This document shows positions 18,004 to 27,100 of a stretch of DNA of 64,000 bases, piece by piece. Each line of letters starts with the position of its first letter. The stretch's first letter is position 1. The DNA is taken from IMG/VR virus record IMGVR_UViG_3300028412_000003. The stretch is one strand, 5' to 3'. The notes beneath the pieces were generated by a model. The model searched no databases. It saw only the letters and a list, made by a program, of their open reading frames with translations, and had not been told where the DNA came from. Source of the DNA: a virus (taxonomy: Duplodnaviria; Caudoviricetes). Made by a program: the position numbers and the translations under genes.

Positions 18004-19796
18004 TCTTCGTTCTTGACTGTTAGTAATAACTTGTATTCTGGAAGATATATGTATTCAATTTTACTATTTTCCAATGTACGCAATGCATCATCTAATGTTT
18101 CAACAAGTGGTTCTCCACCAAGGTTAAAACTAGTATTAAAGATTACTGGTACTCCGGTTTGTTTATAGAATTCGCTTATAACATCATAATAAAATTGATT
18201 GTCAATTTCTTTAACTGTTTGTATGCGACAAGTTCCGTCAACGTGAATAATACTTGGTATTTTTTCTTCAACACCATCTTTACAATTAACTGCATACATC
18301 ATTGTAGGAGATTCATCCATTCCTCGAAGATCAAACCATTCATGAACATGTTCTGCTAGTATAGACCCAGCAAATGGTCTAAAATATTCACGATTCTTTA
18401 TTTGATTTACAAAGTCTTTTCCGTCTTTAAATGTTGGATCAAACATTAATGATCTATTACCTAATGCTCTAGGACCGTTTTCAGATCTACCTTGCCATAT
18501 TGCTACTATATTCTTTTCTCTCATTAAGTTAACTACTGATTCAACATTGGTTTTTTCTACGGTAGCATTGTATTTGTTGGCAAATTTGTCTATATCATTT
18601 CTGTCATGATCGTATTTTGGTCCAAAATAAACATTATTAACCCTAGGGTTTATAGTTTCGTCTTGGCTTTGTATCCTATACCAAAGCAATGCTACACCAA
18701 GTGCTGTTCCTCCATCATTTGACATTGGTTCAACATATAATTCGATGCCTTCTTCGTTTAATCTATCAAGATAGTAGTAATTGGCTACACAGTTTAATCC
18801 ATATCCTCCACTTAATACAACTCTTTTCTTTCCGGTTAGCTTAGAAGCAGTTAATATCAAGTCTAATACTTTTTCTTGTGTTTCTTTCTGTACTTTATAT
18901 GCCATATCTCTACGGTTTTGTAATAAAGTCATATCTTTACCTTCAATTGGCCAAGGGTCTAATCCGTCGTATTGAAATACATTAAGAGTTGCTCCTTGAG
19001 GATAAGTTGGAATGAAGAGATTCTTATTACTCAATTTAAACTTATCGTCTTTATTAAAGATATTTGGTAGATTGTTATTTTCTTTTCCGTAAGGAAACAA
19101 TCCCATTGTCTTCCCAGCTTCAATTCCAAAAAATCCGCAATATTCAGTAACAGCTTCATAAGTTTTTACAATGCCTGCACTCTGAGATACCATTTCCATA
19201 TGTGTACCTTCTTCATTTAGTCTTTTACTAGAAGCAGTAAAGTCATAATGTGTAGGAACAGGATCTCTAGTTCCAAGATTCTTAAATATTGTTTTAAAAT
19301 AAGCAGGATAAGCACAGTCAAATATTGATTCTATTTCCCATGCTGTAAAATTAACTTTTCCTGCTGTTCCGGACATATTTGAACCGGCGCCGTCTACAAC
19401 AACCGAAACTGCATCTTCAAATCCACTGTGATAGAATGACAATGCTGCATGTATTTTATGATGATGCGCAGATAAATCAATTACTTGAGGATGTCCGTCC
19501 ATATTCCCAATGTCTTCAATTAGTCCTAATTTTCTAGCAAGACCGGTATATACGAAGTCTCCCATAAAATCAATACGAGCACAAGTTTCTTCTAAACTCT
19601 GTGTATGCGATATAACCATAAAATCAATTTTATCAGTGTATTCCTTTACTTTTACTATAGCAGCAAGTGGACCACCATCATATTTTGCACGAGACAATCT
19701 TTCTTCTTCAATTGAAAACACAATTTCTCCGTCTTTTAATAGACATGCACCAGAGTTGTGTCCCCTTGATATTCCTAAAATATATCCTGTTGTCAT
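18000..19796 (-). CDS. O-carbamoyltransferase, NodU/CmcH family
   Basis: EEERLSRAKY, HHKIHA, SGGYGLNCVAN, GPRALGNRS, FRPFA, NTSFNLGGEP. Confidence 0.93.
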   Translation of the reverse strand: MTTGYILGISRGHNSGACLLKDGEIVFSIEEERLSRAKYDGGPLAAIVKVKEYTDKIDFMVISHTQSLEETCARIDFMGDFVYTGLARKLGLIEDIGNMDGHPQVIDLSAHHHKIHAALSFYHSGFEDAVSVVVDGAGSNMSGTAGKVNFTAWEIESIFDCAYPAYFKTIFKNLGTRDPVPTHYDFTASSKRLNEEGTHMEMVSQSAGIVKTYEAVTEYCGFFGIEAGKTMGLFPYGKENNNLPNIFNKDDKFKLSNKNLFIPTYPQGATLNVFQYDGLDPWPIEGKDMTLLQNRRDMAYKVQKETQEKVLDLILTASKLTGKKRVVLSGGYGLNCVANYYYLDRLNEEGIELYVEPMSNDGGTALGVALLWYRIQSQDETINPRVNNVYFGPKYDHDRNDIDKFANKYNATVEKTNVESVVNLMREKNIVAIWQGRSENGPRALGNRSLMFDPTFKDGKDFVNQIKNREYFRPFAGSILAEHVHEWFDLRGMDESPTMMYAVNCKDGVEEKIPSIIHVDGTCRIQTVKEIDNQFYYDVISEFYKQTGVPVIFNTSFNLGGEPLVETLDDALRTLENSKIEYIYLPEYKLLLTVKNED

Positions 19797-19798
19797 TT

Positions 19799-20776
19799 TT
19801 ATCCTTTTGATTTCTTAGTTGTAAAGAATGGTTGATTTACCGGTAATGTTGAAACATTTTTAGGTACACCTAATTTATCTCTAATACTTTTTAATATTTT
19901 TTTATGACTATCCTCGGATAAAATCATATTATTTTCATTATTTCTTTCAGCGATTGGATCAAATGTAATTCTATATGGACTATAGGACCTCATTTCTTTA
20001 CCATTATCAATTATTGTAAACTCTTTGTTAAAAGGATAAGAAATATTATCAGGATAAGTTGATCCAATTACTACCGTAGCCGGTTTACCAAGAGCATGTG
20101 CATAATGCTGTCCTACACTGTCACATCCTAGAAAATAATCAGCAGCTTTGATAATACCCATCCACTGTAATAGGTTTGTATTTTCGGGTATTGCTGCTTG
20201 TATTTGTCGATCTGTTGGTATTTTTTGATTTGACATCATTATTATACCGTAATCTTTTGATAGTTCATCAATTATTTGAAATACGTCTTTTAATTCAAAA
20301 CTACGACCGCTTGTGTCCCAAATGAAATTTCCTTCCATTTTAATACCACTACCAAATGGTTGAAAAACTATAACTTTGTCTTTCTTAAATTGCATCTTAA
20401 TTTGATTTATTAGATTATAACCATAAATTTGATCATTCTTTCCAAGATCTAAATTTATCTTTTTACTTTCTACAGTTTCATCTACGCCATTAATTAACAT
20501 ATCAAATGCTTGTATTAAATTAACTCTTTGATTAAAATAAGCATTTAAACGATAAGGTTCTGGAGAGATTAATTCTCGATCTTTTAAAAGATCAAATAAT
20601 TTTATATGATTAACTGGATAGACATTATTTCTTAATGAAGTTGATAAGAATAATTCCGGCCAACCTTCGGAGACAATAATAACATCATTGTCTACATTTT
20701 GTTTGTAATATTCAAGTGCTGGAACAGCACACAAAACTCTTCCAGCACCACCGTTTATAAAGAACGCTTTTTTCAT
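19799..20776 (-). CDS. GT9-like (heptosyltransferase-type) glycosyltransferase
   Basis: GGAGRVLCAVPA N-terminus; FLGCDSVGQHYAHALGKPATVVIGST. Confidence 0.72.
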   Translation of the reverse strand: MKKAFFINGGAGRVLCAVPALEYYKQNVDNDVIIVSEGWPELFLSTSLRNNVYPVNHIKLFDLLKDRELISPEPYRLNAYFNQRVNLIQAFDMLINGVDETVESKKINLDLGKNDQIYGYNLINQIKMQFKKDKVIVFQPFGSGIKMEGNFIWDTSGRSFELKDVFQIIDELSKDYGIIMMSNQKIPTDRQIQAAIPENTNLLQWMGIIKAADYFLGCDSVGQHYAHALGKPATVVIGSTYPDNISYPFNKEFTIIDNGKEMRSYSPYRITFDPIAERNNENNMILSEDSHKKILKSIRDKLGVPKNVSTLPVNQPFFTTKKSKG

Positions 20777-20839
20777 ATAATTTCCTATTAATTAGTATCA
20801 TTATATATCGTACTAATCTTTAATAAAAGAAATTATTGA

Positions 20840-21874
20840 TTAACATTCCCAACTTACACAAACCATTCCCATACGTCCCGAATCTCCGGTATAAGTTGAA
20901 GCATTATTTCCGCTAGTTACAGTTGCCCCGTATCCTCCGGCACCAGGTATTTGCATTATTCCTTGGTTTGCTCTGTAGCAACATCCACCACAAGTGCTCC
21001 CACACCATGGTAATGTACAAGCGCAATTTTCGTATCCAAAAACAGGACCTGTTTTACTACAACCACAAAAATTATCAAACATTACATAAGACGGATAAAT
21101 TCCATTTAATCCGTAACAAACAGGATTTCTTGCAGGATCACAGCAATTCATGTACCAGCTGCTTCTACTAAAGGCATGACAAACAATACCACGATCGGTA
21201 GCATTATCCCAACAAAAGTTCCAACCCGAACAAGATTGTGCACCACATCCATCAAATGTAGGTAATTGGTTGGCACCACTAGTTGCAGTTATATCTTCAG
21301 CCCAATATTGAATACAACTAACTCCACTCTCTGCACACATACACAACCCAGGACCCATAACCCAAGATGGGCTACCACAAATTCCTGGAGTAGTTTGAGA
21401 AGCGAAACAACAATATGCACATCCTCCACATAGATCATAAATATCTCCCGGAGTTACATCCATAGTTACTACCATATAGGCGCCGGTTACTCCCATTGTT
21501 GAACCGCCACAACAACAGGTACTGCTAGTTCCTGATCCAGGGCCCCATATTTGAAATTGAGCTCTGCTTACGCCAGCAGGAACTGTCCATGCACAATAAG
21601 CATTACATCTTTTTTCAGTGGTTGTATCACAAACTTTAAAACCGTTAGATTGATTAACTTCGACAAGTGGTGTTAAAATTTCTTGCCATTGTTCAGATAT
21701 TAGAGGATTAATGACAGTATTAGAACTATTAGCAACTCGATGCGGATACCCAAGTTGTTCATCTGGAGTAAAATAAAAACTTTCTGTTATACCACTACTG
21801 ATACATAATTCAAGTAATTCTGTGTTTAATTTTTGATTTTCTTTTATTGCTGCATAAAGAATTATATCGCTCAT
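20840..21874 (-). CDS. Cys/Gly-rich putative tail-associated protein
   Basis: WTVPAGVSRAQFQIWGPGSG, CCCGG, GRMGMVCVSW; about 32 Cys by manual count. Confidence 0.6.
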   Translation of the reverse strand: MSDIILYAAIKENQKLNTELLELCISSGITESFYFTPDEQLGYPHRVANSSNTVINPLISEQWQEILTPLVEVNQSNGFKVCDTTTEKRCNAYCAWTVPAGVSRAQFQIWGPGSGTSSTCCCGGSTMGVTGAYMVVTMDVTPGDIYDLCGGCAYCCFASQTTPGICGSPSWVMGPGLCMCAESGVSCIQYWAEDITATSGANQLPTFDGCGAQSCSGWNFCWDNATDRGIVCHAFSRSSWYMNCCDPARNPVCYGLNGIYPSYVMFDNFCGCSKTGPVFGYENCACTLPWCGSTCGGCCYRANQGIMQIPGAGGYGATVTSGNNASTYTGDSGRMGMVCVSWEC

Positions 21875-22536
21875 GTTAGATCCTCAATTTCAACTAAATT
21901 TTGAAAAGTTGTAACAAGTATATAAGGAATTCTTGGTATTTCTTTTTCGTCGAGTGTTACATATTTCCACGGACGAGCTTTTTCCAATAATTTTAAATAA
22001 TCTTCTAATCTTTTTATAGTTTCATCTATCTTAAGTTGAATTTCTTCATCAAACTCATAAAGGTTATCATATTTTTTAACAAACGCCAATCTTTTTTCAG
22101 CTTTTTCTTCGTTAACAGTTTTATTTTCTTTTATGATAGGAGATAAAAACAATCCCTCTAACGGAGAATATTCAACTATAAAATAATCTAATATTATTAA
22201 GTTAACTGGACTTTTATGTATACTCCCGTCATGATTTATCTCATCTACAAATTCAATTTCTCTGTTTTCACCAGTCTCTATAAACCAATGAGCAATTTCA
22301 GGATTTTCATTTGCATTTATTTCAATTTCTAAAATATTATCATTCTTTAGTTCATTGCTTTTTGCTAATTCATGATTTAAAACAGCATTGGTTTGAGTAT
22401 TAATTAAAACCCAAATCTTTTCAGGTCCCTCGTATGTCCAGGTTTCTGTTTTATTTTCTTCCCATGAATCTACCCAAATTTCATCAGGCACATTAATTGT
22501 AAATTCTTTTTTCATTATATTTTCCTTTAACACCAA
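21871..22536 (-). CDS. Acidic hypothetical protein between the two Cys-rich genes
   Basis: 221 aa, overlaps both neighbours; no Cys. Confidence 0.55.
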   Translation of the reverse strand: MVLKENIMKKEFTINVPDEIWVDSWEENKTETWTYEGPEKIWVLINTQTNAVLNHELAKSNELKNDNILEIEINANENPEIAHWFIETGENREIEFVDEINHDGSIHKSPVNLIILDYFIVEYSPLEGLFLSPIIKENKTVNEEKAEKRLAFVKKYDNLYEFDEEIQLKIDETIKRLEDYLKLLEKARPWKYVTLDEKEIPRIPYILVTTFQNLVEIEDLT

Positions 22537-23504
22537 GTTACTCGAACCATTCCACCACGACCTGCGTCACCTTGGTGAGTTGTTGAGCCGCCCGTTATAT
22601 GTGTTCCCCAAGCACCGGCACCTGGGAATAATCTAGTTAAAGATCCATTGCACAAGCAACCACCATAACATGCTTGATCCGTAAATGTCCAACAACACGC
22701 ACTTTCTGTTGTACAAGTATGACACACGCTTATAACCGGAGCAGATCCATGATATCCACAGTTGCCAGTATTAAGATATCCGTTTCCAAACACGCTGCTA
22801 AATCCACAAACAGTACCAGAACCAGAAGTACCATGCCATGTATTTCCAGGAGCTATAGCAAATGGAACTTCTCCACAAGTAGCACAACCATTGAAGCAAT
22901 ATTGCGATCCATAACATGTACAAGGACCAGATACAGTACGACCAGGTGCTTGGTATCTAGAACAAGTTGCGTTACTTTGTAGAAACATCTGACAATCAAC
23001 ATTTCCCTGTCCTCCGTCTGCACAAAATCCAGTTAGGTTATATCCTGTTACAAAAGACGGACATCCGTCTGCACAATTACATCCGGATGTAGTACAAGAA
23101 TAACAACAAAGAGCACATCCGGCACAAAGTGTATAGGAACATCCTTCTACTGCATCAATAATAACAGTTGCAAATGCACCGTTAGAACCAAATGGTGCGC
23201 CACCACAACAACAAGGAACTCCTGTGCCTGAACCTGCACCCCAAATTTGAAATTGTATTTTTGAAGCACCTGATGGTACTACCCATTCACAACAGGCTCC
23301 ACATCTTAAATATCCGCTTGCGTTATCATATACGCAAAGACAATCTGTTGGGGAAGCTAATAAAGGAAGCAATTGCCACCCGTATGTATCCCATGGACAC
23401 AAACATAAAGCATTATTGAGTGCTTCTACTTCTGCTGCCTGTATAGTGGTCTGTAATATCTTATTTTCTTCAAGTATCGCATTATATAATGATGGATCTG
23501 ACAT
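22527..23504 (-). CDS. Cys/Gly-rich putative tail-associated protein (paralogue of 20840..21874)
   Basis: WVVPSGASKIQFQIWGAGSG, CCCGG, GRGGMVRVTWC; about 37 Cys by manual count. Confidence 0.6.
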   Translation of the reverse strand: MSDPSLYNAILEENKILQTTIQAAEVEALNNALCLCPWDTYGWQLLPLLASPTDCLCVYDNASGYLRCGACCEWVVPSGASKIQFQIWGAGSGTGVPCCCGGAPFGSNGAFATVIIDAVEGCSYTLCAGCALCCYSCTTSGCNCADGCPSFVTGYNLTGFCADGGQGNVDCQMFLQSNATCSRYQAPGRTVSGPCTCYGSQYCFNGCATCGEVPFAIAPGNTWHGTSGSGTVCGFSSVFGNGYLNTGNCGYHGSAPVISVCHTCTTESACCWTFTDQACYGGCLCNGSLTRLFPGAGAWGTHITGGSTTHQGDAGRGGMVRVTWC

Positions 23505-23514
23505 TTAATTTCCT

Positions 23515-23802
23515 TTATGATACCGTTACTGTGTCTACTCGACCAGATTCAGCATATGTTACTGTAATTACTTGAGTTAATCCGTCATTTACTTCAGTCC
23601 AACCTGTTACTCTTTTAAACGATCCACTAAAATCTGCATTTACACCAAAATCGGTGTCGTATGTAATAGAGGTATAATCAACTCCATTAGCCGAGTAAGC
23701 AGTTAGATACCCGTCTGCATCAAAAACACTGTTTGAATCAGAATATGATTCTGTTAATTTTTTTTCTGCTTTTGGATCTACTTGTGCTAAAAATCTTCCC
23801 AT
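23515..23802 (-). CDS. Hypothetical protein
   Basis: 95 aa beta-rich ORF in the operon. Confidence 0.55.
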   Translation of the reverse strand: MGRFLAQVDPKAEKKLTESYSDSNSVFDADGYLTAYSANGVDYTSITYDTDFGVNADFSGSFKRVTGWTEVNDGLTQVITVTYAESGRVDTVTVS

Positions 23803-23811
23803 AATAATTCC

Positions 23812-24129
23812 TTAAGCTGTTGATTCAATTCCGTAAACAACGGCACTAATACTAGCAGCTGATGAATATACAACTAACCTCTGACCTGTTGCTAAAACAA
23901 TACCGGTGCGTTCTAAAACTCCAGAAACAGCAATAGTTAAGTCATATTCAATATATTCAGCAGCACCTGGTGTATCTGTTGTTGCTACTGCTATTCTTAT
24001 ATCGGCGGCGGTAGCTCCTCTGTTGCAAATATTGATGCTTGCTATGGTATAAACAGATGCCGGACAAGTATATACCGTTGTTAGTGTTGTTGCAGGTACG
24101 TCCGAAGCACCTAATCTACCTGTAGCCAT
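23812..24129 (-). CDS. Small beta-rich virion protein
   Basis: 105 aa; similar pattern to 35694..36023 and 43257..43595. Confidence 0.55.
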   Translation of the reverse strand: MATGRLGASDVPATTLTTVYTCPASVYTIASINICNRGATAADIRIAVATTDTPGAAEYIEYDLTIAVSGVLERTGIVLATGQRLVVYSSAASISAVVYGIESTA

Positions 24130-24142
24130 TAAATTCTCTCCT

Positions 24143-27100
24143 TTACGAGGTTAAAAAGTATCCCAATGCAAGTGGTGCACCAGATACTGAACCTCTAAAA
24201 TCAACATTACTATTTATCGTTAACGTAGAACCAGAAGTTAATTCAATGACATTAGTTGAAATTTTAACCTGTCCTGCCGTTATACTGTTAACATTAAGTG
24301 TTGCCGCACCACTACCAATTTGAGAAGTGATGTATGTTTTGATTGCTTTCTGTGTTGGTACAATATTATCCGAATTAGCAGTAAAAGATCCATCAGTTGA
24401 GAATTCAGTAATAACCGTTCCTGATCCACCAATTTCAATTTCACCAAGCTGTAGTTCATTTAATCCAGAAATATTAAATGCTTCAACATTCAATGTTGCA
24501 ATACCAGTTGATTGTTCAATGTTAAACAATCCACCAACTCGGAAATTACCGTCTTGGTCGGTCGAAGTATAGAACACTCTTCCTCCCAAGAAATCATTTG
24601 TTTCTTTTTCTGGGTCTAGTGTGTTAACCGGTATTCCGGGATAATTCGTATCAAGTGTATTTCCTGTTCCAATATCTAGGAAGTCGTGTCCGGTTAATCG
24701 AACCTGACTGTACCTTATACGAAGCGTGACATCATCAAGATGTTCTGATGCTTCTTGTATTTCAATACCCGGACTAATCTGTATAGTGGCACTATATGGT
24801 CCTGTACCAGATAATTCTCTTACATTAACTACCTTATAATAATTTCCGGGTATATCATCAAACTCAATATTTGATCCTGCTGCAGGAATATTAGAAAGAT
24901 CTCTCACAAATACATTGGTTCCTGTTTGATAAAAATCTGCAAATCCGTCACCTAATATAGAAATTTCTGATGTAAGATATTGTGTTCCTCTATCAATCCA
25001 TGTTGGTTGTCCAAGAACACCGTTGCTTACTCTTACTTCATACGGTATAGGCGCTGTTTCGTTTGGATCTATTATTTCCATCCTTGGAGGATTATTTGGA
25101 TCATACCCTGTTCCAGGTTCAATAATTCTTATTTCTGTTATTTGATTGTCTGTAACTTTTGCTCTACCAATTGTTGTTATTCCCGATGAAGCAGGTGCTT
25201 CAAAAGAAAGTCTTGGTTCAATAATGTATTCAGTTGTTGCATCAAGTGCAGATTCAATTGCTGAAGAATTAACGTGTTCCCATCCAGCTGTGTCATCACT
25301 TGGTTTCTTAACCGTTGCAATTTTTGTTGCTGAATTGTAAGTGTCAATATAAGCATATTGTCCGGTTCCTGTACCACCTATTATCCATATTGCCATACCA
25401 ACATAAACAGCGGATGCTCTTGGATCTGTAGCAGAAATAGTAATCTGTGTTGAAGTTCCTCCCTGAGATTGCCCTGTTCCAGTAACGTATCCTGCGCCGC
25501 CAAATACATTCTCAGCTGAGTCATCTGGATTTAACAATCTTACTTGATATACTCCACCGTCTCTTATTTGAGCTGCATCAACTACTGCTCCAAATCCTTC
25601 ACCTGTAATAGTAAATCTAGTAGCAGAACCAATTGTATCAACATCAAATGTTACGTTAGCTGCTCCGCCACTTCCTAAATCAGAATCTGATATTGTAATA
25701 GTATCTCCAGGTACATGTCCTTCGCCACCTTTAACAACTACAACACTTTGAGGAAACCCAACATCATTTACAGTAATATCAAATTCTTGTCCTGTTCCTG
25801 ATCCATTAGAAGTACCAACTACTCCTCGGTAAGTTCCTTCGACCCTTAAAGCGTCAATTGCCAATGCGGCAGTATCAAGTGTTAAAATTGCAGACTCAGA
25901 ATTAGTATAATTTTGTCCAGCGTTTACATATTCTAAATGTATAATTTGATCATTATCCGTTACAACATTTGTTACCGCTGCGTTTCTAGTTCTATTATCA
26001 ATTTTACCAGTTATTGCTGTTTCGGTTGAATCAACCCCTTCTGCAACCGAACCAAAAGAACCGTATGAGTTATTCCCGTTTGTTGCACGAATCTTTCCAC
26101 CTTCTTCGGATAGATATCCAATATGACAGTAATAAGTAAAGACTGAAACAATTTCAGTTCTTGCTAGATTTGTACACCAAACTCCAATTCCATCAGATAA
26201 TATCTGTGTAAAGTCGTTTGCTACAATAGAATCATTTCCGCCATTGTGTAAATTTCCATCTACTTTAAGACCAACACACCCGGTTCCAAAAGTAGTAACG
26301 TTTTGAACATATGGAGATCTTGTTCTAATCCATACATCTTCGTCGGGTGGTCCCCAACCTGGATCAAGAGATGCATATGCTCCTGCTGATGGTCGCTTTG
26401 TTCCATTTATGTTTGCAGCACCAAGTGTACCAAATAATCCTCTTACTGTAAGGTTTCTTAAGCCAGTTGCATTTCTAAGATAGAACATATCTTCTGTTAA
26501 TGAACCCTGTACTGAATTAGCATAATACCTTGCAAATAACAAACTCTTATAATTTCCGGTATAAATTAAGTCGTATTTAATTGCATCTATATAACGATTT
26601 ATATCTCTTTCACATGAAAGAATATCATATGAAAATGCAGGATATGTATCTGCAATATAGGCTGTAATTTCAGCTACAATAAAATCTCTATTAGCTTCAA
26701 GTGTTTCAGTTGCGTATGTATATCCAGTTGAACTTTCAGGAGTATTTGATCCTCCTGTTGCCGGGATAGATGAATCTCCCGACACTCCGTTTATTCTATA
26801 ATCTATATAATCATAAATTTGCTGTACTAAGTTTTCGGCATCCGAAGCAGCAGATACCGAACCAGCTGGTCTCGTTGTAATCTGTGTTTCATTATTTCCG
26901 GTTGTTGCAGAAACCGCACTGTTCTGTATGATATCCGATATTATATCTCTTAACCTAGTTATTGCGTTGAGTGTCTCTGGTACATCGTTTGGATCAACAA
27001 AACTACCGCCTGCTACTATTCTTGTTGATCTTAGTCCGTCACCAACTACTGCTGTATATTCTGGTATTATCATTGGTAATACTTCTACAAACTCACCAGT

